NCBI GenBank assembly: GCA_964444145.1
Contig: CAYUFU010000010.1
Location: 1 to 59,202, forward strand
Direction: 5' to 3'
DNA: 59,202 nucleotides
Source: an uncultured Chitinophagales bacterium
Lineage (GTDB): Bacteria; Bacteroidota; Ignavibacteria; UBA10030; UBA6906
Shown piece by piece: positions 35,377 to 45,877 of this stretch. Each line of letters starts with the position of its first letter. Position 1 is the first letter of the stretch. The translations under genes were made by a program, and so were the position numbers. Below the pieces are notes generated by a model. It searched no databases and was not told where the DNA came from. It was given only the letters and a program-made list of their open reading frames with translations.

Positions 35377-38300
35377 TTGATGAGGGAGTGGATGTCGCGG
35401 TCCAACACTTCGCGCACTCTTGCTGTCAGCTCGGTTGCGAGATACGGTTTGTGAACAAACTCGTGGACGCCGCCGTTGACCATCTCCTGCTTCGCCTCCG
35501 GATCGAGGTAGCCGCTCGCAACGATGATGCGCACGTGCGGATTCATCGCCTTGATCCGCTTGCACGCAGTCCAGCCATCGAGTTTTGGCAAACCAAGATC
35601 GGTCAAAACCAAATTCACTGTGTCTTGGTTTTCTCGAAACGTCTGGATAGCCTCCTCGCCATTGGTTGCCGTGAGGACGGTGTAGCCTTTTCCTTTGAGC
35701 AGGGATTCCACTAACTCGCGCAACAGGTCTTCGTCTTCGACCAGCAGTACGGTTTCTTTGCCGCCCGGGAGATCGCGCTGTTGTTCCACCTCCAAGGCTC
35801 TGTCCTCGATCGGAGAATGGGGGATGGGGAAATACAACTCGAAGCTGGATCCTTCTCCCGCGGCGGAACGTACGTCAATGAACCCGCGATGCGCGTTGAC
35901 GATACCATAAACCACGGCAAGCCCCAAGCCGGTGCCACGGTCGCGCCCCTTTGTCGAGAAGAACGGCTCGAAAATTTTGGCGCGCACTTCCTCGGCGATG
36001 CCCGAACCGGTGTCGCTGACGAGGATGCCGGCGTAGTACGACGCGCTCGCTTCAGGGAATGCGGTGCGCAACCCACTGCCCGCTACGATTTCTGTTTTCA
36101 ACGTCAACGTTCCGCCCGAGGGCATCGCATCACGCGCATTGACGCACAGATTCAATACTGCCTGGTGGATTTGATTCGAATCGCCGATGATGAGCGGCAG
36201 TGTTGGGTCGAGGGCGATCTGCAACTCGATGTTGCGTGGGAACGTTTCTTTCAGCAACCGCGCCAATTCATCTACGACGGCGTTGACATTCATCTCTTCG
36301 AAGGAGACATCCGTTTTGCGCGCGAAGGTGAGCAACTGCTTCACGAGATTTGCACCCCGCTGCGCGGCGGTCCCGATTGCCATGGCGTCTTTTACTACCT
36401 TCCCCTCCTTGCTCTTCGCCAAGCGCTCGGAATAACCGAGAATGATGGCGAGAAGATTGTTGAAGTCGTGTGCGATGCCGCCGGCGAGTCTGCCCAACCC
36501 TTCGATCTTTGCTGTTTCCTGCAAGCGTTGCTCCAGTTGCTTGTGCGCTGTATTGTCGAACAAGTAGCCCTTCGCGCCGATAAGCGTGCCTGAGGAATCG
36601 AATAGCCCGATGACATTCTGTATGAGAAACACCGGCTTACCATCTCGGCGTCGGGCGATGCACTCGTGGTAATCAACGCGTCGACGTTCCGCGAGTAGTG
36701 CCATGAGGTCGGAAAAACTCTGTTGCTCGCCGTACACAGAGTTGAGATTACAATACATCGCCTCCTCGATCGAAGCAAAACCAAACATTGTTGCAAACGC
36801 CTTATTGCACGCGAGGATGCATCCGTCGCGGCTTGCGATGAAGTCGCCCGTCAAATCTTCCTCGAAGAACTTGCGGTATCGCTCTTCGCTTTCGCGCAAC
36901 GCGTCTTCGATGTGCTTGCGGCTGGTGATATCGAGAAACGTCATTACGGCGCCGTTGGTTTTGCCCGTCGAAATGTCGAGCAGCGGAACCGCAGTAAACA
37001 CGCCCCAAGAAATTCCGCCGTCGGGGCGTCGGACACCGAATGTCTTGGGCGGACGCTCTTCGCCGGTGCGCAGGCATTGCAGGAGAGGGAACTCTTCTGC
37101 GTCGAAATCGCTTCCGTCCCCCCAGAGATTTATCGTTGCGAGATGGTCAACAGTTGTTTTCAGAAATTCCAGCGCGGATATGCCGTAGAAGCGCTGCGCG
37201 TCGAGATTCGCCTGAAGAACTCTTCCATCTTGCGCGACTTCGATGATGCCGCCCGGAACCGCTTCGAGAATGCGATGCGTCAGTTCTTCACTGCGGCGCA
37301 ATTCTTCTTCGAATTGCTTGCGTTCGGTGATATCGACTGCCGTGCCCATCAACACTTTCTCGCCGTGCACTTCAATCATGCTCGGTGCAACGTCGAGCCA
37401 TTTCACCTCGCCATGCTTGGTGCGAATCTTTAGCTCGTAGCGTGCCGGAACGCCTTTTCCCTGTTGACGTGCGATGGCTCGCTGACGAACAAGCTCATGA
37501 TGGTCGGGATGCACGAGGGCGGTAAAGCGCATGGTGCGCAACTCCTCCTTCGAGTAGCCCGTGAGTTTTTCCATCGCACGGTTGACGTACGGGAAGCGTC
37601 GGTCTTGATAGAAAAAAATAGCGGCGGTCGTCGTTTCGGTCAGTGCCCGCAGCATCGCTTCGCGTTCGCGCAGTTCCTCTTCCATCTTCTTCCTTGCCGT
37701 GATGTCGAGGAATGTGACCACCGCGCCGTTTGTCTCGCCGCCGCTCAACAACGGCACCACCGTGAACACCGCCCATGTCATACTATCGTCCAAGCGGCGG
37801 ATGCCCATCGTCACCGGACCTTGTGCAGTTCCTGTTTTCAAACATTTCACAACGGGAAAGTCCTCGTAGGGGCATACGCTGCCGTCCTCCCAAAACTTTC
37901 GATGGACGAAATCCTGAACGGCAAAATTCGTCAATTCCTTATTCGATAACCCATAGAACCGTTCTGCTTCCGTATTTGCCTGGACGATTCTTCCGTCTCT
38001 GGAAATGACCAGCACACCGGTCTGCGACGCGTCGAGGATCCGCGCCTTCAATTCTTCACTGATGCGAATCTGTTCTTCGAGGTGCATGCGCTGAGTGATA
38101 TCCTCGCAGACGATGAGCACCATCGGCTTGCCCTCGGGATCGCTCATGAGTTGCGCAACTTCGCTCACGTGAATGATGGTACCGCTCTTATGGACCTTGC
38201 GAAGCTCCCATGAGTGCGTCGCGCCATTTCCGTGTAGACACATGTCAAGATTGCGCGCGATTGTTTCTCGATCGTCGTGATGAAACACGCTAAACATCGA

Positions 38301-39947
38301 GGTGCCGACCAGTTCCTCTTTGGTGTAACCCAGGTTCCGGCCGCCCGCGTCGTTCACAAACTGAATAATACCCTTCTCATTGACACTGAAACACATGAGC
38401 GGGTTTTGGTCGTACAAGGTGTGGAAGCGTTCCTCGCTCAGGCGGAGTTTTTCTGCAGTGCGTTCACGCTCAGTAATGTCAATGACTGTTCCCATCAAGC
38501 ACTGTGTGCCGTCGAGTTCGATCTGGCTGACGTTGAGATCAAGCCATCGGGTCTCGCCTTGTTTGGTAACGATTTTGAGATCGTACCGCCGTGGGACGTC
38601 CTCGCCTCGCAGACGCGCCAGTGCGCGCTGCTTGACCATTTCCCGTTGATCGGGATGGACGCAATCCCAAATCCTTCTCTCCATCAATTCTTGTTTTGTG
38701 TATCCGGTGATCTGTTCCATTGCACGATTGACAAACTTGAAATGATCACCATGATAGAAGAACATTCCGGCGGAGGTGGCATCCATCAACGTACGGAATG
38801 TCTCCTCGTTCTCGCGGAGTATCTCTTCTGCCCGTCGCCGCGCCGTGATGTCAACAGCAGTTGCCATAATCACCGGTTCGCCGTTGACTTCAATGGTATT
38901 CGCCGTGAAATCGGTCCAGCGCGTGTTGCCCCATTTGTCAATGACCTTGAGCTCGTAGCGTGCTGGAACATCCTCACCGCGCATGCGCGCAAGCGCTCGC
39001 TCCTCGACCATAGCGCGATGGTCGGGATGGACTGCTTCCCAAATGTTCATTCGCTCGAAATCGTCTTTCGTGTAGCCGAGGAGTTCAGTCAGCGCCTTGT
39101 TGACGTAGAGAATGCGATTGTCCTTGTAGAAGAATACTGCGGAGGACATCGTGTCTGCCAGCGTGCGAAATAATGCTTCGCTTTTCTTTAGAGCGGCTTC
39201 CGCTTTTCGCTGATCCGTGACGTCCACGCAGGTCAAGAGAATAGCGTTCTCTCCCTCGATCTCGATACCCCGCGCATTGATTTCGACCCAACGAGTGTTT
39301 CCGTTTTTGGTCAAAATGGGAAGTCGAAATCTTCCGAACGCCGATTGATCGCGGAAGCGTTGTTTCGCTCTCTCCCGTATGATCGAGCGGTAGTCCGGGT
39401 GCACAAGATTCCAGCCGTTCATAGCGAGGATTTCTTCTGAGCTGTACCCCGTGATCTCCTCAGTAGCTATGTTGCAGAAGAGAATCTTGTCGTTCGCGTA
39501 ATAGAGAATCGCCGCAGATGTCGTATTTGCTAAGGTACGGTAACGAGCTTCGCTTTCTTTGACTGCATGCTCGGCTTTCAGGCGCTCTGTCACGTCGTTC
39601 ATCATCGAGAAGCGCGCTTTCCTCCCCGCGAACATAATGTCGTGCGACTGCTTTTCTACGAAGAAGATGTCACCATTCTTTGAGCGATGTCTGCAGATGT
39701 GTGGTGTAGGGCCGTTCAGAGCGCGTTCACGCAAGTTCTGATGCAGAAGAGGAATATCCTCCGGTGTGCGAACGTCTTCGAGCGTGAGGCTCAAGAATTC
39801 CTCGTGCGAATAACCGTACTTCCACATTGCGCTCTCATTCACCGCGAGAAATCGCAGCGTCTCCGCATCGTACACCCACATCGGCTGCGGATTGTTCTCA
39901 AACAAAAAACGGTACGCTTGCTCGTTGGGAGCCTCATCGCGGACCAT
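35361..39947 (-). CDS. Cytoplasmic hybrid histidine kinase with 9 PAS/PAC domains, HisKA, HATPase and receiver
   Basis: GRLAGGIAHDFNNLL H-box, NLCVNARDAMP, DTGSGI, FSTKGRDRGTGLGL, LLVEDE...VLTDLGLP; no TM segment. Confidence 0.93.
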   Translation of the reverse strand: MVRDEAPNEQAYRFLFENNPQPMWVYDAETLRFLAVNESAMWKYGYSHEEFLSLTLEDVRTPEDIPLLHQNLRERALNGPTPHICRHRSKNGDIFFVEKQSHDIMFAGRKARFSMMNDVTERLKAEHAVKESEARYRTLANTTSAAILYYANDKILFCNIATEEITGYSSEEILAMNGWNLVHPDYRSIIRERAKQRFRDQSAFGRFRLPILTKNGNTRWVEINARGIEIEGENAILLTCVDVTDQRKAEAALKKSEALFRTLADTMSSAVFFYKDNRILYVNKALTELLGYTKDDFERMNIWEAVHPDHRAMVEERALARMRGEDVPARYELKVIDKWGNTRWTDFTANTIEVNGEPVIMATAVDITARRRAEEILRENEETFRTLMDATSAGMFFYHGDHFKFVNRAMEQITGYTKQELMERRIWDCVHPDQREMVKQRALARLRGEDVPRRYDLKIVTKQGETRWLDLNVSQIELDGTQCLMGTVIDITERERTAEKLRLSEERFHTLYDQNPLMCFSVNEKGIIQFVNDAGGRNLGYTKEELVGTSMFSVFHHDDRETIARNLDMCLHGNGATHSWELRKVHKSGTIIHVSEVAQLMSDPEGKPMVLIVCEDITQRMHLEEQIRISEELKARILDASQTGVLVISRDGRIVQANTEAERFYGLSNKELTNFAVQDFVHRKFWEDGSVCPYEDFPVVKCLKTGTAQGPVTMGIRRLDDSMTWAVFTVVPLLSGGETNGAVVTFLDITARKKMEEELREREAMLRALTETTTAAIFFYQDRRFPYVNRAMEKLTGYSKEELRTMRFTALVHPDHHELVRQRAIARQQGKGVPARYELKIRTKHGEVKWLDVAPSMIEVHGEKVLMGTAVDITERKQFEEELRRSEELTHRILEAVPGGIIEVAQDGRVLQANLDAQRFYGISALEFLKTTVDHLATINLWGDGSDFDAEEFPLLQCLRTGEERPPKTFGVRRPDGGISWGVFTAVPLLDISTGKTNGAVMTFLDITSRKHIEDALRESEERYRKFFEEDLTGDFIASRDGCILACNKAFATMFGFASIEEAMYCNLNSVYGEQQSFSDLMALLAERRRVDYHECIARRRDGKPVFLIQNVIGLFDSSGTLIGAKGYLFDNTAHKQLEQRLQETAKIEGLGRLAGGIAHDFNNLLAIILGYSERLAKSKEGKVVKDAMAIGTAAQRGANLVKQLLTFARKTDVSFEEMNVNAVVDELARLLKETFPRNIELQIALDPTLPLIIGDSNQIHQAVLNLCVNARDAMPSGGTLTLKTEIVAGSGLRTAFPEASASYYAGILVSDTGSGIAEEVRAKIFEPFFSTKGRDRGTGLGLAVVYGIVNAHRGFIDVRSAAGEGSSFELYFPIPHSPIEDRALEVEQQRDLPGGKETVLLVEDEDLLRELVESLLKGKGYTVLTATNGEEAIQTFRENQDTVNLVLTDLGLPKLDGWTACKRIKAMNPHVRIIVASGYLDPEAKQEMVNGGVHEFVHKPYLATELTARVREVLDRDIHSLINQSSS

Positions 39948-40009
39948 TGCGTTGCTTCTCCTTTGTCAAAATGAGATTATGCTCTGTTGAGGTGGGTACA
40001 TCCCCTGTA

Positions 40010-40138
40010 GAGCCTGTGTGAAAAACACTCTAATCATGTAGAGCGATTCTCCGAATCGCTCTTTTCGCCCGCAAGAGCGACACTGTCCGAAGGACTCCTT
40101 TGGAGGAGTGTCGCTCTTCAAGATTTTCACACAAGCTC
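40010..40138 (+). mobile_element. MITE-like repeat family A, copy 3 (129 bp, with 20-bp module in hairpin 2)
   Basis: GAGCCTGTGTGA / TCACACAAGCTC TIRs, perfect TGTA...TGTA flanks. Confidence 0.8.
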
Positions 40139-40312
40139 TGTACGTAACGGTCAACAAAATACCGCACTCGCATTTGATTTTCAACTCCTCTCTTGAAATG
40201 CAAAGCTATTGTTGAGGGTATTCACGTAGAGCATTCACTGCATCAGGGCACCACGGGCACGCAGACAGTACGTCTCATTGCTTTCTCTTTATCCCTGGCG
40301 GCGTGGGCGAGA

Positions 40313-42025
40313 TCATGCCTTCATCCGTTTCCCTTTTTCCTCGAACGTAAACAACCAACCGCACACCTTCCCCGGGTCAATTTCAGCAAGGTTTTTCCAA
40401 TACTCGCGGTTGTGCATTGTGCGCGAGCTGGAATCGTCCGCGGAGAGCTGCTCAACCTCATGGATGATTTGTCGGAACCGCGCGCGCCAGCGTTCCATAT
40501 TTTTTATGCGCAAGTCCACCCAACCGTCGTGCGCCCAGTGTTCGATGTTCGATGGCGTAATCGGCAGACTCCCCTCGCCGCGGTACGGCGGAATCTTGAT
40601 CATCGGTCCGCGGAGCAACGACTTGCCATCGGGGAGCAAAATGGGGATACCGATGGAGATGATTTGCGATCGCAGTGCCGCATCTTCATGCACTACTTGT
40701 GTAACCGACTTGCTCATCGTGCGCGCGTCGGTGTTGACCACGGTGTGCATATTCGAAAACGTGCGTTTGAGGAGGTACGCCTCGTATAACAGTTTTGAGA
40801 GGCGCGGTGGTCCCAGCATCTCGAAGGCGATACTTTCGGTCCCATGCTGTTCTTCCAAGCGTTGCATCTGCGTCATCGCGTTATTGAACATGAAACCTGC
40901 GCGATAGGTTGGCGCAAGCGTTGCGTTGTCCAGCGCGTTGATGATATCGTGTCCGGTGTTGCCGGCTTTCACTTCGAATACCACGCAGTCGGCGATTTCT
41001 TCGGGAGTGACGAACTCCATCTGCCCAGGCGTCGAGATGGCTTCAAATTCTCCACGCGAGAAAATACCGTTCTCCCCCGTATCAATGAACACTGATCGGA
41101 GTGTGGCTCCGGTCTTTTTTGCTGCTTGTTGCATGTTGAGCCGCAGCGTACCGTTCAGCTTGACTGCGTTCGAGGGTGGGCAGTCAACCAGCTCGACCGG
41201 CTGACCGCGTTTCGTAATTTCGCCGAACGCGATTCTCTTCCACGCGATTGCTGCTGCCGGTTTGATTTCTTTCGTGATCGGCGCGTCGGGTGTTCGTCCC
41301 ATCAAAAACAGTAGCAGCGTGTGTGCGCCTGCCACCGCCGACTTCGACAGCAACACACGCGAGGGGCGCTCCTCACTGTGTGTGTAGGGAATATTTAATC
41401 CCATGCCGCCAGTGCCGCTTGTTCCAATCTTCACGTAGATCTTCGTTCCCGCTTCGCTCATCGAGCGGTACATCAGCTGCACATGGCGAATCAGTTGCGG
41501 AACGTATAGTGTGCACAGCAGTTTCTCCGTAGCTGCAATGAGGTCTTCTTCGTTCCTCCTTTTGTTGCGCGCTGCTCGAATCTGCTTCATCACGTCACGC
41601 GAGACCTGAAAAATGTCCTGATACGCGATCGCCGTCGCAGAGTTCACGCAGTCAATCACGATGTGCGGCTTGTAGTGCATCATCAATTTGAACAACGATG
41701 AACGTCGAAGAACGGTCGGCGTTAGTTCCGCAACGATGTCGTCAATGAACATCGAGCGCTTCGACGTGTCTGACAAAATATCGTCGCGGCTCATATCCTT
41801 GAACTGATGCCGAACGAAAATATTTCCCCACCACGGAACAAAGAAGTCTTTTCCCACCTTTGGAAATTCTGTGCGCAGATGCGCCACGGCGTCCATCGCT
41901 TCTTCCTTCGTCAGCGATGTGACGATCATACGGCGCGGTGCGTCTTCCATTATCTTGCGGCAGATGGCAGAGCCGACCAAGCCCCAACCGCCAATGACGA
42001 GTACAGTCTTACCATTGATATCCAT
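40313..42025 (-). CDS. Rossmann-fold (SDR-like) protein of unknown function, 570 aa
   Basis: KTVLVIGGWGLVG dinucleotide-binding motif, IVIDCVNSAT; remainder not assignable by eye. Confidence 0.7.
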   Translation of the reverse strand: MDINGKTVLVIGGWGLVGSAICRKIMEDAPRRMIVTSLTKEEAMDAVAHLRTEFPKVGKDFFVPWWGNIFVRHQFKDMSRDDILSDTSKRSMFIDDIVAELTPTVLRRSSLFKLMMHYKPHIVIDCVNSATAIAYQDIFQVSRDVMKQIRAARNKRRNEEDLIAATEKLLCTLYVPQLIRHVQLMYRSMSEAGTKIYVKIGTSGTGGMGLNIPYTHSEERPSRVLLSKSAVAGAHTLLLFLMGRTPDAPITKEIKPAAAIAWKRIAFGEITKRGQPVELVDCPPSNAVKLNGTLRLNMQQAAKKTGATLRSVFIDTGENGIFSRGEFEAISTPGQMEFVTPEEIADCVVFEVKAGNTGHDIINALDNATLAPTYRAGFMFNNAMTQMQRLEEQHGTESIAFEMLGPPRLSKLLYEAYLLKRTFSNMHTVVNTDARTMSKSVTQVVHEDAALRSQIISIGIPILLPDGKSLLRGPMIKIPPYRGEGSLPITPSNIEHWAHDGWVDLRIKNMERWRARFRQIIHEVEQLSADDSSSRTMHNREYWKNLAEIDPGKVCGWLFTFEEKGKRMKA

Positions 42026-42163
42026 TGTTTTTCTTGCTTGGAAAAATCATGAACGATAAGCCCGAAGCCCGCAGCTTCAGAGCACCTGATGTCGAGTCAG
42101 GTGTGTTCGAACGGGGAGAGAATCAGCACGCTCAATTTACACCGAGAGGGGAGAAGAAGCAAC

Positions 42164-42508
42164 TCAACTCCCGCGATAGGTCGAATAGCCGAACGGGCTC
42201 AACAGCAACGGAATGTGGTAATGTGATCGCGCACTCCTGATTTCAAATGTCACTTCAACGACGGGATAGAAAGCGGTTATTCTTTTCCGCCTGAAATACG
42301 CTCCGGTTTCAAATCTCATGCGGTACGTTCCCGCGGACAACACAAAATCGGGCGGCAGTAAGTCCGTGATGCGTCCGTCATCGTCTGTCGTTCCTGCGGC
42401 GAGCTTCATCCATGTGCTGCCGATTTTCTTTTCCAGCGTCGAGCGAATTCCTTGCGCAGGTTGACCGCGCATCGTATCGAGCACGTGTGTCGTTATTGGA
42501 CTTAGCAT
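42164..42508 (-). CDS. uraH: 5-hydroxyisourate hydrolase (transthyretin-like)
   Basis: ITTHVLDT..GQPA, TDDDGRI, FYPVVEVTF, HYHIPLLLSPFGYSTYRGS. Confidence 0.95.
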   Translation of the reverse strand: MLSPITTHVLDTMRGQPAQGIRSTLEKKIGSTWMKLAAGTTDDDGRITDLLPPDFVLSAGTYRMRFETGAYFRRKRITAFYPVVEVTFEIRSARSHYHIPLLLSPFGYSTYRGS

Positions 42509-42547
42509 TCACCCTCCTCAGGTGTAGTGTCGTGGTGATACATCTTC

Positions 42548-43237
42548 TTACTTTTCATGGGCTGAGAGTATTCGTAACACCTTCGGCTCGAGAAGTTCAA
42601 CCCACAACTTGTATTGGACGGCCGAAGGATGCAGTCCATCGGGCCCGATGAGCTCGGGGAGGCGAGCAGCTTCACGCGAGATTGCCGTTATATCAACGTA
42701 CTGTGTGTTGGCACGAACGGATTCTTCCCAATTGATTCCGTTAAACGTGTCAATCTCCTTTGCGATGTGCATTCGGTCGCGCCCTTCCGCGAACGGCATC
42801 ACGCCCCAATCGGGAATCGAGACGACGATGACGTGCGAGGATTTTCCGCCGGCAAAAGCGATTGCTCGTTGTAGCAGCGACTTGAATTCGTTTCGATATT
42901 GTTCAGAGCTTCGCCCGCGATATTGGTTGTTCACCCCAATGAGGAGCGTGACGAAGTCGAACAGCCCGCGAGGATGTTCGTTCTCTATTGCAGCAATCAG
43001 CTCGTCCGTCGTCCAACCGGTTTGCGCGATGACAATCGGCTCTGCGATGTTGACATTGCGTTTGCGTAACGATGAGGCAAGTTGGAGAGGAAAGCGCTCG
43101 CTTGCATCAACCGCTTCGCCAATCGTGTATGAATCGCCCAGAGCGAGATAACGAATGAGTGTTGTAGAATCCATTGTCGCTTGAGAGAATGACGGTCTGC
43201 AGAATAAGCAAAGAAGAAAGAGAAAAAAAAGTTTCAC
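42548..43237 (-). CDS. SGNH/GDSL-family hydrolase, exported
   Basis: LALGDSYT, GWTT, IGVNNQY, PDGLHPS. Confidence 0.9.
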   Translation of the reverse strand: MKLFFLFLLCLFCRPSFSQATMDSTTLIRYLALGDSYTIGEAVDASERFPLQLASSLRKRNVNIAEPIVIAQTGWTTDELIAAIENEHPRGLFDFVTLLIGVNNQYRGRSSEQYRNEFKSLLQRAIAFAGGKSSHVIVVSIPDWGVMPFAEGRDRMHIAKEIDTFNGINWEESVRANTQYVDITAISREAARLPELIGPDGLHPSAVQYKLWVELLEPKVLRILSAHEK

Positions 43238-43258
43238 ATCTTCACACCTCGATGTACT

Positions 43259-43921
43259 TTACGGCTGCTGAACCGCATTCACCTGCTCGAAAAACGCAGC
43301 GAGCTTTCGCTCATCCAGCGTTCCCTTCGTCCGAACGCCTGAACACAAGTCAACACCGAACGGTTGAACCAGTCGAATTGCGTCTGCAACATTTTCGGGC
43401 TTCAATCCGCCAGCGAGAAAGACTGGAACGTTCACTGCTTCAACAATTCGTTTGCTGATGGTCCAATCATGCGTGCGTCCAGTTCCGCCGAGTTCTTTCA
43501 CGGCTAACGTTTGATTCCCCGAATCGAGAAGAATCGCGTCAACGTATTCCGAAACCGCAACGGCTTCGTGGATTGATTTCTCACCAGAGACGTGTATCAC
43601 TTGTACAAGCCCGATGCCGTGCAACTCACTGCGCAGTTGTTTGTATGTCGACCTTGCGATCGCATCTACCAACTGAATCGTGCTCGTTCGACAGAAGCGT
43701 TGCTGAGCGATGATTGTGGGCGCGTCCTGCTTGCTCGTTAACAAAAACGACGCAACGCCGGGCGGAATCGTCCGCGCAATCTCTGCAATCAACTCTTCAG
43801 AAATCGGACCAGGTCCGCTCGGCATCGCGGACACAAGTCCGAGTGCAGAGGCACCGTAGCGAATCGCGATCTGCGCCTCTTCAACGCTGCCGATGCAGCA
43901 GATTTTGACACGTGGTTTCAT
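43259..43921 (-). CDS. trpF: Phosphoribosylanthranilate isomerase-family protein
   Basis: VKICCI, ILLDSG, GGTGRTHDW, FLAGGLKPENV, GVDLCSGV. Confidence 0.8.
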   Translation of the reverse strand: MKPRVKICCIGSVEEAQIAIRYGASALGLVSAMPSGPGPISEELIAEIARTIPPGVASFLLTSKQDAPTIIAQQRFCRTSTIQLVDAIARSTYKQLRSELHGIGLVQVIHVSGEKSIHEAVAVSEYVDAILLDSGNQTLAVKELGGTGRTHDWTISKRIVEAVNVPVFLAGGLKPENVADAIRLVQPFGVDLCSGVRTKGTLDERKLAAFFEQVNAVQQP

Positions 43922-45627
43922 GAAGCTCTTTTCTCTGCTCCAAGCTCTATGCCCTTTGCACTTTGTTCTCCGCCGACGAGACGTTTCGCCCGCTCGATTG
44001 CTTCGGCCAATGATCCACAGATGTTCTCCTCGCCAATCTTGTCATAGAGCCCGGAGTTCGTCATGGCGAACAGCGGTTGCTTATGAATACCCGAGATGAT
44101 GAGCGTTGTCCCCTGGTGCCTGAGCTGACTCAGCAAATCCTCGACCGCCCGCAATCCCGACGCATCAACTGCAAGCAAATACCGGGTTTCAAGGATGAGC
44201 ACACGCGGTTTCTTCTCGATGGTGCGCATGGACTCGGTAAACTGGTCTACCGCCCCGAAAAACAGGGAGCCGTACACCTCGAATACCTCAACCCCTTTCG
44301 GTACGACCAGCTTCGTATCGGTCTCTTCTTCTTCCTCGCGCTCTTCCCGGAGGTCTCGTGTGATCGCGTTGACTTGGCTGACCTCGGACATTCTCTTCAT
44401 GAATAACAACGCGGCAAGGACAATGCCGACTTCAATCGCGACAGTGAGGTCAACAACAACGGTGAGAAGAAATGTCACAAGCATAACTGCAACATCGCTC
44501 CGTGGACTCTTCAGTATTTTCACAAAAGATCGCCACTCACTCATGTTGTAGGCGACAAGGATGAGAATCGCCGCAAGCACAGGCATCGGAATCAGCGCTG
44601 CCCACTGTCCGAACACTAACATGATCAACAGCAGGGTAATGGCGTGAATGATTCCCGCAACCGGCGTTCGTCCTCCATTCTTGACGTTCGTCGCCGTTCG
44701 CGCGATTGCGCCCGTGGCAGGTATGCCTGAGAAAAACGGGGTGACGATGTTCGCCGCGCCTTGTGCAATGAGTTCCATGTTTGAACGATGACGCGTGCGA
44801 ATCATGCCGTCGGCAACAACGGCGGAAAGCAACGACTCGATGCCACCAAGCAGTGCAATCGTAATGGCAGGCGAGAACATGCTTGTTATTGTTTGCCACG
44901 AGACTTGAGGAATGCGCGGAGCGGGTAGAGTGCTCGGCACACTGCCAAACCGGCTTGCGATGGTGTCAACAGGGATGTGAAAGATGTGGACGACTGCCGT
45001 GACGAGAAGAAGCGCGACAAGCGAGCCTGGAACGCGATGCGTCACGCGAGGCCAGAGCACCATGATCAACAGTGCCGCAGCACCGACCGCAAGTGCGTTG
45101 TGATCGAGCGAGCCAAGATGTTCTGCATACGCAATCCACTTCTCAACAAAATCAGGCGGAAGCGATGCAATGCGAAAACCGAGAAAGTCTTTGAGTTGCG
45201 ATGAAAAAATAATGAGTGCGATGCCGCTCGTGAATCCGACCGTAAGCGGGTACGGAACGAACTTCAGCAGCGTGCCTAACTTCGCCAAGCCCATGATGAC
45301 GAGGAGAACGCCGGCGATCAGTGTTGCAACCGCAAGCCCATCGTATCCATACTTGGCGACGATGCCGTAGATGATGACAATGAATGCGCCCGTGGGACCT
45401 GAAATTTGTACGCGACTGCCGCCAAGCGCCGCTGCAATAATGCCCGCAATGATTGCCGTGTACAAGCCCTGTTCGGGCTTCACGCCGGAGGCAATGCCAA
45501 AGGCAATTGCTAAAGGCAGCGCAACAATGCCGACCACGACGCCGGCGATACCGTCGGAAACAAACTGTTGTTTCGAATATCCTTGTCTGAGAACTGTGAT
45601 GAGCTTCGGTTCGAACTGAGTATGCAT
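43918..45627 (-). CDS. SulP-family anion transporter with STAS domain
   Basis: DGIAGVVVGIVALPLAIAFGIASG, QISGPTGA, ESLLSAVVAD, GAIARTATN, YGSLFFGA. Confidence 0.93.
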   Translation of the reverse strand: MHTQFEPKLITVLRQGYSKQQFVSDGIAGVVVGIVALPLAIAFGIASGVKPEQGLYTAIIAGIIAAALGGSRVQISGPTGAFIVIIYGIVAKYGYDGLAVATLIAGVLLVIMGLAKLGTLLKFVPYPLTVGFTSGIALIIFSSQLKDFLGFRIASLPPDFVEKWIAYAEHLGSLDHNALAVGAAALLIMVLWPRVTHRVPGSLVALLLVTAVVHIFHIPVDTIASRFGSVPSTLPAPRIPQVSWQTITSMFSPAITIALLGGIESLLSAVVADGMIRTRHRSNMELIAQGAANIVTPFFSGIPATGAIARTATNVKNGGRTPVAGIIHAITLLLIMLVFGQWAALIPMPVLAAILILVAYNMSEWRSFVKILKSPRSDVAVMLVTFLLTVVVDLTVAIEVGIVLAALLFMKRMSEVSQVNAITRDLREEREEEEETDTKLVVPKGVEVFEVYGSLFFGAVDQFTESMRTIEKKPRVLILETRYLLAVDASGLRAVEDLLSQLRHQGTTLIISGIHKQPLFAMTNSGLYDKIGEENICGSLAEAIERAKRLVGGEQSAKGIELGAEKRAS

Positions 45628-45877
45628 AGTGGATTATCTCACGTGGTGCGACTCTACACCCTTAGGTTTTCCCGTTCTCCAATGTGCACTCCGTTCGGTC
45701 GGTAGTTGGCTGAAGTACTTTTTGTAATTCATGATTTGCAGGTCGGATGTAATTGAACAGGTCTGTACCCCGCTGCAGTTCGTCGAACAGGACGTGGCTT
45801 TGGATCTTCATGGAATGTACGAAAGTTGTCATGATTGTCGAGCAGGCAATTGGCAACTGCTGACCACGATAGCGGCA

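Noticed and set aside
39966-40184. 72-aa Cys-rich ORF (also 2582-2899 and 55691-55933)
   Set aside because: These read through the MITE and repeat sequences and are by-products of them
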